From assembly GCA_000004985.1 (NCBI GenBank), contig GG738852.1: a stretch of 64,000 nucleotides of DNA. One strand, written 5' to 3'. The translations under genes and the position numbers were made by a program. The notes below the pieces were generated by a model. That model was not told the origin of the DNA. It searched no databases and worked only from the letters and a program-made list of their open reading frames with translations. The stretch comes from Naegleria gruberi (Eukaryota). This document shows positions 1 through 12,150 of this stretch, one piece after another; the first letter of the stretch is position 1; every line of letters begins with the position of its first letter.

Positions 1-22
1 GGACGATAACAGACTCACATCA

Positions 23-1051
23 ATGGTTAAAGTTGTACAGAAAAAGAAGCAAGATATGGAAAAAAGGCTTCAAACCAATCAAAAGGAATTGAGCAAAGTT
101 CAACAAAAAATCAAAAAAGTTGAAGAAGACTTGAAACAATACGAAGGCCAAAAGATACCTACACCAGAAGAATTTGAAGCTTTGAAACATGAAGTAATGT
201 CAAAAGCAAACGTTGCTAAAAAGATGAAGGCAGAACTCAGTGAATTGAAGAAGGAAAATCTTGTTTTGAGAAGAACTGAGGATATTTTGAAATCAAAGGA
301 TGAAAAGGTGGAAGGTTTCTTACGAAAACTGGAACAAGAAAAGGGTATTCAAGGTTTTAGACAAATTCAAAAAGAAATTATTGACACTTCACAAACAAAG
401 AACGAGATTGATAAGGAGAAGGGAGAAACTCTTGAAGAAATTTCCAAGATTGTACAGGAACTTAACGAAAAGATAAATGCTCAAAAAGAACGTCTCAAAC
501 AACCAGTCAAGCAACTCAAGATTTTGCGTGAAGAACACCAAGTTGTAGAAAATGAATTCAATGATAAGAAGGCAGTGTATGATAACATCAAGTTGGGACA
601 AGAAAGTGAAGTCAGCAAGTTAAAAACAGATATTAAGGAATTACAGGATGAAATTGATAGACAACAAAGTCTTTACTATTTACTTCAAAGTCAAAGCTGC
701 TTGAACAATGCAATCAAGTCAAGACTGGAAGATGAAAAGGAATATTTGGATTCAAAGAATTCTGGCAAGCGATTCAGTTTGGAATATCAATCCTATACCT
801 CATACTTGAAGGGTAAGATTGATAAACTCGAACAATTGAGTAAAGAATTGAGAGAAAAACAAAAGTACATTAAGGAAACCCACGATCCAAACATGAGACA
901 AATTGAACAATTTAGCAATTTGAGAAAGCTGTTAGAATTGAAACTGAAGCTTAATAGAGAAGGTATCACAAACAGTAATAATTTGAGACAAGCCTTTGGT
1001 AAATCTGACGCATTCTCTCAACAACAAGGTGTTGACAGATTGGTTTTGTAA
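23..1051 (+). CDS. K/E/Q-rich coiled-coil protein. It may be the 3' portion of a larger gene whose start lies upstream of the window.
   Basis: Continuous 342-codon ORF with ATG at 23. The frame is also open from position 2. Heptad-like charged composition. No family recognised. Confidence 0.5.
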   Translation: MVKVVQKKKQDMEKRLQTNQKELSKVQQKIKKVEEDLKQYEGQKIPTPEEFEALKHEVMSKANVAKKMKAELSELKKENLVLRRTEDILKSKDEKVEGFLRKLEQEKGIQGFRQIQKEIIDTSQTKNEIDKEKGETLEEISKIVQELNEKINAQKERLKQPVKQLKILREEHQVVENEFNDKKAVYDNIKLGQESEVSKLKTDIKELQDEIDRQQSLYYLLQSQSCLNNAIKSRLEDEKEYLDSKNSGKRFSLEYQSYTSYLKGKIDKLEQLSKELREKQKYIKETHDPNMRQIEQFSNLRKLLELKLKLNREGITNSNNLRQAFGKSDAFSQQQGVDRLVL

Positions 1052-1151
1052 AGTGTATAAAATTTATTGTAATATTTTTTAATCTATTCCATTTACAAAT
1101 GAAGTACATAAAGAAGAGAAATTATAGTAGCAGTGAAATATATTCAAAAGT

Positions 1152-2774
1152 TTAATCAAATTTAATACCTTGAGCCAATGGTAAAGTGTTACCATAATTG
1201 ACTGTGGCAGTAGATCTTCTCATGTATTGCTTCCAAGAATCAGAACCACTTTCACGACCACCGCCTGTAGCCTTTTCACCACCAAAAGCACCTCCAATTT
1301 CAGCACCATTTGTTGGAATATTAACATTGACAATACCACAATCAGAACCATTTGGACCAAGCCATTGGAACATGTTAGATTGACTCTTTGTGAATACACT
1401 ACTGCTCAAACCTTGTTCAACAGAATTATTAATATGAATAGCTTCATCGAGAGTCTTGAATTTCATAACATAAACAATTGGAACAAAGGTTTCATGTTGA
1501 ACAACTGGAGCATCATAGGCAATTTCAATAATTGTTGGTTCAACATAATTTCCAGGTCTATCGAGAACATTACCACCATAGAGAATCTTTCCTCCTTGTT
1601 GTTTAGCTTGTTCAATAGCTTTCTTATATTGTTGAACTGCATTCTTTGTGTGCAAAGGTCCACACAAGAAACCAGATTCCTTAATTGGATCACCAATCTT
1701 GACATTGGAATAACCCTTCTTTAACTTGGAAATGAATTGATCATAGACATTTTCTTGAATAATAAGACGACGAGTAGTGGTACAACGTTGACCAGCAGTA
1801 CCAACACAAGCAAACAAGACACTTCTGAAAGCAATTTCAAGATCAGCATCTTCACAAACAATGATAGCATTATTACCACCCAATTCCAATAAAGATTTAC
1901 CCCATCTATCATCAACAACTTCTCTGACCTTCTTACCAATTTGAGTACTTCCAGTAAAACTGACTAATCCAATTCTCTTATCAGCAGAAATAGCTTGACC
2001 AATATCAGATCCACCAGTCATAATTGTACAAATAGCAGGATCTAACTTGTTATCCTTCAAAACTTGTTGAATAATTTTACCAGTTGCAATTGTTGATAAT
2101 GAAGTTGTTGGAGCACCTTTCCAAACCATAGTATTACCACAAATTAAAGCAAGAGCAGCATTCCATCCATAAACAGCAACAGGGAAATTGAATGCAGTAA
2201 TTGCACCAACAGTTCCGATAGGATTCCACAATTCATACATGGCATGGTTTGGTCTTTCACTTGGCATAACTTGACCATTGATCATTCTAGATAAACCAGT
2301 TGCAAAATCACAAATATCAACAAATTCTTGAACTTCACCAACACCTTCTGGTAAAATCTTACCCATTTCCAAACTAACCAATTTACCCAAATCATTAATA
2401 TTTTCACGGAGAGCAACACCAATTTGTCTAACAATTTCTCCTCTGTATGGAGCAGGCTTATTACGCCATTCAATTTCTGCCTTCTTGGTCAATTTCATAG
2501 CTTGTTCATATTCGGTAATGGTTGGACCAACAGAAGTAGAAATGACTCTATTATCTGATGGTGAAATAGATTGGAAAACTTCACCTGATCCTTTCCATTC
2601 TCCTCCAATACAAATACCTGGATTACCTTCTTCAACGAGACCTAATCTTGGCAAAAAATCATATTCGGAGAAGGAATATTTTGATGATGAAAAACGCACT
2701 TGTTTACTGATAAGATTTTTCACCAAGGAATTGGCGGCTGATGATGATTTCTTAGAGATGATTTGTCTTTGCAT
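1152..2774 (-). CDS. ALDH7A1: Aldehyde dehydrogenase family 7 (alpha-aminoadipic semialdehyde dehydrogenase, antiquitin) with an N-terminal presequence-like extension.
   Basis: 540-aa single-exon ORF. Near-colinear match to antiquitin motifs ([57 protein letters not shown]). ATG verified at 2772-2774 and TAA at 1152-1154. Confidence 0.9.
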   Translation of the reverse strand: MQRQIISKKSSSAANSLVKNLISKQVRFSSSKYSFSEYDFLPRLGLVEEGNPGICIGGEWKGSGEVFQSISPSDNRVISTSVGPTITEYEQAMKLTKKAEIEWRNKPAPYRGEIVRQIGVALRENINDLGKLVSLEMGKILPEGVGEVQEFVDICDFATGLSRMINGQVMPSERPNHAMYELWNPIGTVGAITAFNFPVAVYGWNAALALICGNTMVWKGAPTTSLSTIATGKIIQQVLKDNKLDPAICTIMTGGSDIGQAISADKRIGLVSFTGSTQIGKKVREVVDDRWGKSLLELGGNNAIIVCEDADLEIAFRSVLFACVGTAGQRCTTTRRLIIQENVYDQFISKLKKGYSNVKIGDPIKESGFLCGPLHTKNAVQQYKKAIEQAKQQGGKILYGGNVLDRPGNYVEPTIIEIAYDAPVVQHETFVPIVYVMKFKTLDEAIHINNSVEQGLSSSVFTKSQSNMFQWLGPNGSDCGIVNVNIPTNGAEIGGAFGGEKATGGGRESGSDSWKQYMRRSTATVNYGNTLPLAQGIKFD

Positions 2775-3064
2775 TTTTTCAAGTGTTGTAATCTAGAGGT
2801 CTTGGGTAAAAGGAGAGCGTTGATTTTTTCGCACCATCTGTGATATTGTAAAAATAGGTGGATGTTTCAATTTAATAGCTTTGTTTTTGAGGGTTCTGTT
2901 TTTGTTTGAAGACAAGAATTGCATTTTAATAAATTGAATATATTTCAAGAGATGGATTAGTGGTTGTAAATTTATTTAAATAAGCAGAGGAAATAAATTC
3001 AACAGTCGGCTAATTGAAATTCAACAAAAAAGTTCAAAATAAGGGATTCGTTATTTGGGATTAT

Positions 3065-4834
3065 TTAAGATATTCTATACCACGTTGAAGCATGTTGTTT
3101 CTTTTTAGCTTGATATTCATCTTCAAGATTAGTATTGTAGATTTGATCGAAAATTTCAAAAGCCTTAATATCTTGATTGAGAAGATCTGAAACCGATTGA
3201 TTAGTGTACGTTTTAAATCTAGACCGAAGTTCCAAATATCTATCCAAATCTTCCTCTTGAATAGCTAAACTAGAAAGGGTTAGGAATGGATACGAATTGG
3301 TTGGATCAACACTCATAGCCTTCTCCAGTATAGTTGTAATTTCTTCTTGTGGTCTCCCCATTTTGTGAAGAAGGACAGCTTTCATGTTAAGTAGTGTACA
3401 CATGTCAGATTTTCTCTCTGGCTCAATTTCAAAACATTTCTCAATATCTTTCATTGCCATAAAAGTATCATACATTGAAAATGCTTCTGCTCTGTCCTTA
3501 TAAATTTGATAATAATCAGGGAAGATTTCCAAACATTTTGAAAATTGAACAAATGCCTCTTGGAAATTTCCAGAAATCATGTGCAACACACCAAGTGTCT
3601 TGGTACTGTTAACCTTGATAAAAAATTCATCGCTAGGATTGCACAATGTGAGAGCCTTGTGAAAACATGAAATTCCCTCTTGCGTCAATTCTCTATTCCC
3701 AAACACATTAAATCCTTTCAAATAGCCTATGTTACAATAGGCATATATAAATGAAGGGTCCAATGAATAGGATTCTTCAAAAATTCCAGTCATTGCTTCA
3801 TTATCTGTACAATCACAAAAGAACATTAATACACCCTCCAAACATTTTTGATGGGCTCTACAGTGTCTCCAATGTTTGTCCAAAAATGCATGTGATAATG
3901 CAAACATGTCCTTGTTAATATTATTGAGCATGTTTTCCAAATTTTTAATCTGTCTTCCATTGTAAAGTAATCCAAATTCTGCAAACTTGATACATCCAAT
4001 TTTTTGGTCTGTTTGTCTATACAGTTCCAAAATGTGATAGTAAAACTTTTCCAAAAGAGGATTTTTCCTATACGATGATTCATAGTATCCAATACTAGAA
4101 ATCAAATGTTGTCTGTAAATGTTCTGTATGGCATCTTTAATGTCATCGAACGATGTTTGATCTTTTTCAATTATTTCTCTCATAATTTCCAATGCATGAT
4201 AGAAAGATTCGTATCTTTGTGTATCCATGTTAACACCACATGTTGCATGTTGATGTGGTGTACTACTGTGATGCATTCTTTTTACTTTTTTCAATTGAGG
4301 CTCTCCACATTCAGAGTTGTTGCATGTTGATGAGGTGAGGTGTTGCCTTGATTGTAAAAAGTCTAAATATTGATCATGGTAATATTCATGTGCAAATTCT
4401 ATAACTTCCGTTAATCCCCATGCCTTCAAGTTTTGCCAATCCTCTTGATTTGGTAATACAGAGCATGTTGTTGTATTTTCTTCAGTGCTAGATATGTGTT
4501 GTTGTGATGATGGCCCCACAATTCCATTCAAAATACAATCAATAGCCATGATGGCCATATCTTTACTCGTCGACTGCAACAAATTCATTACATAAAACTT
4601 TTCGCACAGAGAAGAACATGTGGCAAAATCTACCTCTGTCAAATTTTGCATTGATTTGGATAGACGATTCCGATTTGTAAATAATGGATTGCCATTTCTA
4701 CCTGTAATATTTTCACTACCATCAAACAGTGATACTGTTGTTGGTATTGTTGTTTGTTCTTGTGTTGGTTGGGAATGTGTTTCAGCCTCGTTTTCCCGTT
4801 GTTGCTGCTCATGATAGTCCTGCTGATGTTGCAT
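3065..4834 (-). CDS. Hypothetical protein with a Q/T-rich N-terminus and C-terminal TPR-like repeats.
   Basis: 589-aa ORF starting with ATG. C-terminal helical repeats of the form AxxxFxxALxxxP (for example EAFVQFSKCLEIFPDYYQIYKDRAEAF). Confidence 0.5.
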   Translation of the reverse strand: MQHQQDYHEQQQRENEAETHSQPTQEQTTIPTTVSLFDGSENITGRNGNPLFTNRNRLSKSMQNLTEVDFATCSSLCEKFYVMNLLQSTSKDMAIMAIDCILNGIVGPSSQQHISSTEENTTTCSVLPNQEDWQNLKAWGLTEVIEFAHEYYHDQYLDFLQSRQHLTSSTCNNSECGEPQLKKVKRMHHSSTPHQHATCGVNMDTQRYESFYHALEIMREIIEKDQTSFDDIKDAIQNIYRQHLISSIGYYESSYRKNPLLEKFYYHILELYRQTDQKIGCIKFAEFGLLYNGRQIKNLENMLNNINKDMFALSHAFLDKHWRHCRAHQKCLEGVLMFFCDCTDNEAMTGIFEESYSLDPSFIYAYCNIGYLKGFNVFGNRELTQEGISCFHKALTLCNPSDEFFIKVNSTKTLGVLHMISGNFQEAFVQFSKCLEIFPDYYQIYKDRAEAFSMYDTFMAMKDIEKCFEIEPERKSDMCTLLNMKAVLLHKMGRPQEEITTILEKAMSVDPTNSYPFLTLSSLAIQEEDLDRYLELRSRFKTYTNQSVSDLLNQDIKAFEIFDQIYNTNLEDEYQAKKKQHASTWYRIS

Positions 4835-5380
4835 AGTTTATAAAGGTTGAATGGTTTTAGTGCGAGCAGTAATTCAATTTTTTTTTAATGTTGTGATTAT
4901 TAAGAGATAGAAAGTTAGTGTATGAGAAACATTGACATCTCCAGTGTAAACAGCACTCAATCCATATTAAGATTGTATTTTACCGAAAGTGAGCAACAAG
5001 TTGGAATTATCCGCTGTAGATTAAAGACAAATAACAAATCACTTTGATTGAGATTTAGCCTCAGGGGTGAAAGTTTGCTTGAATATAGTTCATTGAACAA
5101 CATGTTTGGGTTTATTGGAGTTTAAGGTGCTGAATGACAACATTGAGGCAACGTTTACAAAATCTTTCTTGCATTAATATTCTTTCATTTTTATATGAGC
5201 ATTTTTTTGTATTTACTAGTTTTCAGAATTCTTCTATGATTCCTTTACAGTTAGTTGAGATAAAGAATAATTCGATTAGCATTATTATTGGTTAAGAATG
5301 GAAAATTATTATTCTCCAACTGGCCAAGGAAAGACTACTTTAATTTTGGAGGGAAATTTGATTAGATACCACAAATAAAA

Positions 5381-6278
<898 letters not shown>

Positions 6279-6407
6279 ATCTCGTTATCATGTGCTCAGT
6301 AATATGGTTGCATGCAAACACAACAACAGAAATAAAACTTAATTTATAATCTTTACAATTAATTATCATCACTTTTCAATAACTTTGAGTTCTTATGAAC
6401 ATTTCAT

Positions 6408-7130
6408 TTAGACAGACTCAGTTTGAGCCATTTCATTGTTTCGTGAGAGTGAAAATACCTTTGGTCCCGAAAGGTTTCTTCTGTACATGTATTTCAATGC
6501 CAATTGAATACATGCTAAAAACAATCCAATTCCATTAGGAATATAAATGGCAGAATTTGAAATTAAATATCCATATAAAAGCCAAGTGAAACTGCAACCA
6601 GCACTGGCAGCAGCAAGGAGAAGTTGAATTGATTCGGAATTTTGCTTTTCCAGAACTTGTTTAATAGTAACAAGAGGACTTCCAAACATGATAACACTTC
6701 CAATGGCAGAGATTGCACCCAAATAGCTCACAACCTTATGTGAAGGAGCAATAAACAATACGAAACTCAATGATAAAATATAAATTACAAGACCAATTGA
6801 ACATTTTGAAATAAATTCCTCCTTCTTATCAGTAATTCTATAATACAACCAATTATAATAGCAAGCTGCAATAAATCCAACCATATTGGTAATGACCAAA
6901 ATCATATCCTCGATTATTACTCCATATGTTACCCACAATAATGCACTAATACACATTGCAAGATACGGAAAAGGTGTAATATTAGACAAGTCAATGCTTG
7001 ATTCTCCTAATTCTGTTGTTTTTCCTTGTTTTTGTTTCAGGGCACTAGTCAACAATCTATAAGGAGAGTAAAATACAAAGATTGCCAATCCTGTTCCAAT
7101 CCATCCAATAATATTAATCAGTGCACTCAT
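6408..7130 (-). CDS. SWEET (MtN3/saliva, PQ-loop) sugar transporter.
   Basis: Seven predicted TM helices in about 240 aa, with two MtN3-like repeats (YSPYRLLTSALKQK... / PFPYLAMCISALLWVTYG). The track start at 7136 is a TTG. The first ATG is at 7128-7130. Confidence 0.7.
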   Translation of the reverse strand: MSALINIIGWIGTGLAIFVFYSPYRLLTSALKQKQGKTTELGESSIDLSNITPFPYLAMCISALLWVTYGVIIEDMILVITNMVGFIAACYYNWLYYRITDKKEEFISKCSIGLVIYILSLSFVLFIAPSHKVVSYLGAISAIGSVIMFGSPLVTIKQVLEKQNSESIQLLLAAASAGCSFTWLLYGYLISNSAIYIPNGIGLFLACIQLALKYMYRRNLSGPKVFSLSRNNEMAQTESV

Positions 7131-7501
7131 TTCCAATAATTATAATTATGATGATCTAATTTTCTCTCCTTCCAAAAGGCTGTTTTAATGTAATTTGTAG
7201 ATGATGATACAATCGGAAGGAATTTTTTTATGATTTGTTTTTTTAAAATTGGAAAATTAATTGATAGAACAACTCATCAATTTTAACCTTTAAGTTCTGA
7301 TTTATTAATTTTATGTTTAATAACAATTATTAATAATAATTTCAAGATACTTGTAATTACAGTAATTCTCCTCCTCTTTTGTCAATTATCTGTAATGAGA
7401 ACAAAAAGAAGATCAATGGAACATTTGGCCAAGTTCATTCTCTTCTTCTTGTTCGTAGGGATGATGATTGTGGATGATGAATTGAAACCAAACTTAAAAA
7501 A

Positions 7502-9382
7502 ATGATTTCATCAAAACAACAACATGATCGTGATGATGCTATTGAAAGAGTGGGTGTAATTGTGGATCAAATTCCTGAGGAAATACTTGCTACGATTTCA
7601 TCGTATTTGGACTTGAAAACAATTGGATATTGTATGAATGTTTCTAATAGATGGAGATTATCAATTTTGAAGCATTTGAGAATTTGTTATCCGTATAGTC
7701 AAAAGAAGGATGTAATTACATTTGTTTCAAAGGAGGTACTTCATTTGGATTCTTTTAGACAGGTTAACAAGTTTTGGTTGGGTGTCAATGAATGTGTTGC
7801 AATTGATTTAATTTCTAAAGGGAAGGAAACATTTATTGGTGGCTCTGTTCATAATTTATTGGAAAGGTTAATTGATGCAGTGAATGAATCGGAAATGTCA
7901 GATTCAGATCTTTTTGAATTGTCAATGATTTCAAGTGCTGTAATTGGCGGGTTCAGTGGCAGTTTGGATTTCATGTCAAATCAACAACGTACCAGTGCAT
8001 TGAATGGTAGTTTACAGAGTAATGTTTCCTCTCCTACTCCTCCAGGTCCTTTGCTTGGTTCACCAACTGGAGTTGGTAACATGTTCACACCTGGTTCACC
8101 AACAAATGGCGACATTGATACTTCTAATGAGACTATCATTGAGGCCCATTCATTCCAGAGAACATTTTTCAAAACTTTTGAATCATTCATGACGAAATCT
8201 AACTTCCTTAGAATGTGTTTCACTCATTTGATTGATTTGGATAATCAACAAGTAGAGTTTAAAGAAAATGAAAAGAGAAGAAAGATTATCAAGCTGATGC
8301 AAGTTTTGAACATGTTCGTTCACTATTGTATCAGAATGGATCCTAGAGATGAGGAAAATGATGACTTGATTGTAATGCAATTGTCTCAATTTTTAGATAC
8401 CTATTTGATTAATAGTGTGTCATTGGAGGAGAATAACACAAATGTTCTCAATTCTGTAAAGTATATCAAGGGCGTTCAAGTGAAACATCATTTGTACAAC
8501 AAATTAGTAGCATTGGAAGAGTTGAGAAAGAAGAGACAATTCAAAATTGTCAATCCACTTTCTTCATCCTCACTGAAGCCTCAAGATATTAATCGAGAAG
8601 TTAATATTTATACAATAGGTCAAGAAGCTCTTGCAGCACAATTGACCATTCTCGAGATGGAACACTATAGAAATTTGAGATCGTTTGAATTTGTTGGATT
8701 TCCATGGAGAAAGACACCAAACAAGTGCCCTTCCATCATTCTCAACAATAAGCACTTTGAAAATGTTGCCAGATGGGTTGCCAATGAAATTGTCCAACCT
8801 AAAACAGTTGAAGAAAGAGCCAAGGCCTTTAAATTCTTTATTGATATTTGCGTGAATCACTTGTCGAGTTATCAAAACTTTGGAACAATATTTGCCATAT
8901 CAGCAGGCTTAATGTCTGCCTCAGCCTTCCGTCTGAAACTCACAAGACAAGAGGCAGGCAGTGAATATGAGGAAAAATTGGAAAATCTCAGAGAAATTGT
9001 CAGTTTGAGAGCTAACTTTAGAGTTTTGAGAGGTATATTAGATTCTCTCAGATCTGAAGCTTGTATACCCTACCTGGGCATGTTCTTGAGCGATTTGAAA
9101 AATCTCCACGATTCTTCCAATCAATTGAGAAAATACGTTGAAAAATCCAAAGAGCTCAATGAGCAAGGTATTACTTGTGTCAATTGGTTTGTCATTCAGA
9201 GAGAATATCAAATAGTTCATCAACTCATGTATTGGAAACAACTTTTTGAGGATAAATATTTGAATACACTTCAAAAGGATGAAGTCATTCAACTCCGTTT
9301 AGATCAATACCTCAATCAATCGAAAGGTTTTGATGAATTATATCAAGTTAGTTTGAAACGAGAACCAAGAAATAATAATTGA
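7502..9382 (+). CDS. F-box domain + RasGEF (CDC25-homology) domain protein.
   Basis: N-terminal F-box-like segment (IPEEILATISSYLDLKTIGYCMNVSNRWR). C-terminal RasGEF catalytic-domain signatures (LTILEMEHYRNLRSFEF..W, NVARWVANEIV, ERAKAFKFFIDIC, IPYLGMFLSDL). Confidence 0.75.
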   Translation: MISSKQQHDRDDAIERVGVIVDQIPEEILATISSYLDLKTIGYCMNVSNRWRLSILKHLRICYPYSQKKDVITFVSKEVLHLDSFRQVNKFWLGVNECVAIDLISKGKETFIGGSVHNLLERLIDAVNESEMSDSDLFELSMISSAVIGGFSGSLDFMSNQQRTSALNGSLQSNVSSPTPPGPLLGSPTGVGNMFTPGSPTNGDIDTSNETIIEAHSFQRTFFKTFESFMTKSNFLRMCFTHLIDLDNQQVEFKENEKRRKIIKLMQVLNMFVHYCIRMDPRDEENDDLIVMQLSQFLDTYLINSVSLEENNTNVLNSVKYIKGVQVKHHLYNKLVALEELRKKRQFKIVNPLSSSSLKPQDINREVNIYTIGQEALAAQLTILEMEHYRNLRSFEFVGFPWRKTPNKCPSIILNNKHFENVARWVANEIVQPKTVEERAKAFKFFIDICVNHLSSYQNFGTIFAISAGLMSASAFRLKLTRQEAGSEYEEKLENLREIVSLRANFRVLRGILDSLRSEACIPYLGMFLSDLKNLHDSSNQLRKYVEKSKELNEQGITCVNWFVIQREYQIVHQLMYWKQLFEDKYLNTLQKDEVIQLRLDQYLNQSKGFDELYQVSLKREPRNNN

Positions 9383-9532
9383 GGTGACTTTGTAAAATAA
9401 ATCATGATGTATTAAAATCTATTGTTTAATCATACACCAATGTGCTTGCTATACATATTATGGAGAATCTTATTGAATGTGTTACAAATTATTAATTACA
9501 ATTATTAATAATTAAATACTTTAAATTAAAAA

Positions 9533-10684
9533 ATGGAACAACATGAAACGGAGGAGGAATATTTACCAGCTTCAGAGGAGGAAGATAATCAGCCAGTGGA
9601 AGAAGAAGAATACCAAAGAGAGGAAGCCGATGAAGAAAATTCTAGAATGATGCACGATGATGAAATTATACAACAAAATGATGACACTGAGGAACAACAA
9701 TCCTTCGGAATGAATGATGAAGAGGATGAAGAACAAGGAGAGGAAGAGGATCGATTTATGGATCAAGCAGAAATGGAAGAATTAGTAAAGGCTTATCACA
9801 GTAAGAAGAGAAATCCACTGGAACATCAGCAAGCTCCCGAAGAACAATCACAAGAATTTAATACTGTACACTCTACTAATTCTCAGAATTTAATTGAACA
9901 AATTACGAGAAATAAGATTTTCAACTCTATTTATTATAAGGAAGAATGCTTTGGTTTGAATGCTGCTACAGTAATTGATAAAGCAGAAAATTTGGATTCT
10001 ATTGGAGGAACTTTTGGAGGGTTGAGAAAACCAACAAATTTTCTCTCTCTTTTAATGAAAATGTTACAAATTGAAGTGGATTTGGAGTCGACTGTTGCAT
10101 ATATTCATAATGGAGAGTTTAAATACTTGACAGCTTTGGGAGCTCTCTATTTGAGATTGGTTGGAAATGCTGTAGATGTTTATGAGCAATTGGAACCGCT
10201 ATATTCAGATTATAGAAAGTTGAGATTAAGACTCATTGATGGTTCTTGTAAAATTTTGCATATGGATGAATTTATTGAAATGTTACTTACGAGTGATTCA
10301 TTTTGTGATGTTAAATTGCCATTCCTGCTGAGTAGAAAGGTATTGGAAAAGAATGGTAAATTGGGTCCATATGTTTCTGCACTTGAAACTAATGAAGAGT
10401 ATAAGGCAATTGTTGAAATGAAGAATAGAAAGGAAGATCCACAACAAGAACCTGAAGAGACTGCTGAGATGAACCCTATAGAAAGTGCCAAACCATCGAC
10501 TACTACCAAGAAGAAATCTGGATCTGGATTTAAATTAAATTTAAAGAAGAAATCAACCTCAGCAACCAGTAGCTCATCGAGTACTAATCAAGAAGAATCC
10601 TCTGAAAAATCAGGAGATAATTCTCTATCCATTGAGGAAACAAACAAATTGAGGATAAGCTTAGGTTTGAAGCCTCTTCTCTAA
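9533..10684 (+). CDS. Pre-mRNA splicing factor PRP38 family protein with an acidic N-terminal extension and a Ser-rich C-terminus.
   Basis: Core matches the PRP38 domain (NSIYYKEECFGLNAATVIDKA...GGTFGGLRKPTNFLSLLMKMLQI...EFKYLTALGALYLRL...YEQLEPLYSDYRKLR). Confidence 0.8.
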   Translation: MEQHETEEEYLPASEEEDNQPVEEEEYQREEADEENSRMMHDDEIIQQNDDTEEQQSFGMNDEEDEEQGEEEDRFMDQAEMEELVKAYHSKKRNPLEHQQAPEEQSQEFNTVHSTNSQNLIEQITRNKIFNSIYYKEECFGLNAATVIDKAENLDSIGGTFGGLRKPTNFLSLLMKMLQIEVDLESTVAYIHNGEFKYLTALGALYLRLVGNAVDVYEQLEPLYSDYRKLRLRLIDGSCKILHMDEFIEMLLTSDSFCDVKLPFLLSRKVLEKNGKLGPYVSALETNEEYKAIVEMKNRKEDPQQEPEETAEMNPIESAKPSTTTKKKSGSGFKLNLKKKSTSATSSSSSTNQEESSEKSGDNSLSIEETNKLRISLGLKPLL

Positions 10685-10849
10685 TTTTGTGATTCATTCT
10701 TAAATTGGAATCATCAAACTAGGCTCAGCACAGTATTAATAGAAAATAGATTTACATAAATAAATGATTTGCTATCATTATTCCATTATTCAGGACGATT
10801 TAAGGATGCAAAAGATTCAAACAATATCTATAATAATACAAATAGCCAT

Positions 10850-11971
10850 TCACGAGTTTACTTCAACACGACAAATTGGACAACAAGTAGAGTGATTATT
10901 CAACCAATTATCAATGCAATTCTTATGGAAAATATGGGCACACTTTGTAATCCATCTCACTTCATCTCCCTCTTCAAAGTCACACATACAAGTAATACAC
11001 ATGTCACCCTCAGTAATTTGTGGCATATCTGATTGACATACTTCTCCAAAATGATTTAATGTACAACATGGCAATGAATCCAAAATATTTTCTGAAACTG
11101 TCTTTTTCTTAACAGTATTATCTAATTGTAAAAGAAGATCATAATCTTCAGCAGTTAATTCTCTTTGAGTAAGGGCAAGCAATAAATTATATTCGATACC
11201 ACATTCTCTAGCATAGTCATTGACATGATGATCAGTGAGTGAGTGAGAAATGGCTTGTTGTAATTGAGCTTCTTCATCCGAATTGCTTCCGTGTTGATGA
11301 TGTCTGTTATTATTGTTATTCGAATAATTATTATCTGCATATCTAATAGGTGGTGGAGTGTAAATCTTTGAGGAAACTTTCTCTCTCTTTTCAATTACTT
11401 CTTCTTGTTGCTTTTTCAATTCTCTGTGATGAATTCTTCTCTTTGGATTAATTCTCATTCTCTTAAACTTTTGCTTGACTTTCTTCATATTGGCCAAGTG
11501 TTTAAACTTCATTCCTCCCAAACAATGATTGTATTCATATTCTTCAAAGTATTCTTCATATAAATTATTGTTGTATTCTTCTTCTTCTGCTTCTTCAAAG
11601 CCTTCTTCATCTTCATCAATCAATTCTTCCAATTGATTATTGAAAATATCTTCATATTCAGCATTGAATGGATATTCAAACTTGATAACTTGATATTCAA
11701 AATCTTCAGAAGCATTGAACAATTCTTCTTCTAAATCCATAACATCACCCCATTCACTTGTATTGGTACTATTGCTATTATTACTCAATGATGAGTAGGT
11801 GCTACAATTTGTTTGATCATTAAAATCTTCAAAGAGAATTTCCTCACTTGATTTGCTCATCTTCAAGGTAACCAATTCTGCTACTTCTATGATATTTTGG
11901 TCGTCCTTGTTGCTAAATCCATTGATCATGATTGTTTTGTTGGTTTTTTTCTTGTTTGAAATTGAATTCAT
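10850..11971 (-). CDS. RING-H2 finger protein (probable E3 ubiquitin ligase) with N/E-rich low-complexity regions.
   Basis: C-terminal C3H2C3 RING-H2 signature: CITCMCDFEEGDEVRWITKCAHIFHKNCIDNWLNNHSTCCPIC. ATG verified at 11969-11971. Confidence 0.7.
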   Translation of the reverse strand: MNSISNKKKTNKTIMINGFSNKDDQNIIEVAELVTLKMSKSSEEILFEDFNDQTNCSTYSSLSNNSNSTNTSEWGDVMDLEEELFNASEDFEYQVIKFEYPFNAEYEDIFNNQLEELIDEDEEGFEEAEEEEYNNNLYEEYFEEYEYNHCLGGMKFKHLANMKKVKQKFKRMRINPKRRIHHRELKKQQEEVIEKREKVSSKIYTPPPIRYADNNYSNNNNNRHHQHGSNSDEEAQLQQAISHSLTDHHVNDYARECGIEYNLLLALTQRELTAEDYDLLLQLDNTVKKKTVSENILDSLPCCTLNHFGEVCQSDMPQITEGDMCITCMCDFEEGDEVRWITKCAHIFHKNCIDNWLNNHSTCCPICRVEVNS

Positions 11972-12150
11972 TTCCTGTTATTTACGAACAGTTAAAAATA
12001 GATTTCAAGGTTCAACTTCCAGGTTGCCATCTCAATTGTCATGGTTGTAAATGTTCACAAAAGATTTGACAAGATTTTCATTCCTTCTGAAGAAATTTGA
12101 TAAAGTTTAGGAGATTTTATTAATAATCTTTTCACTGTTTGTTATTAATT

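Noticed and set aside
23-1051. Assigning the first gene to IFT81/IFT74.
   Set aside because: Only generic coiled-coil composition supports this and no diagnostic motif is present. Dictyostelid-type organisms lack cilia.
1198-2796. Several small ORFs (1198-1383, 1227-1724, 1463-1705, 1721-1939, 2282-2473, 2485-2796).
   Set aside because: All are nested in or antisense to the well-supported ALDH7 CDS.
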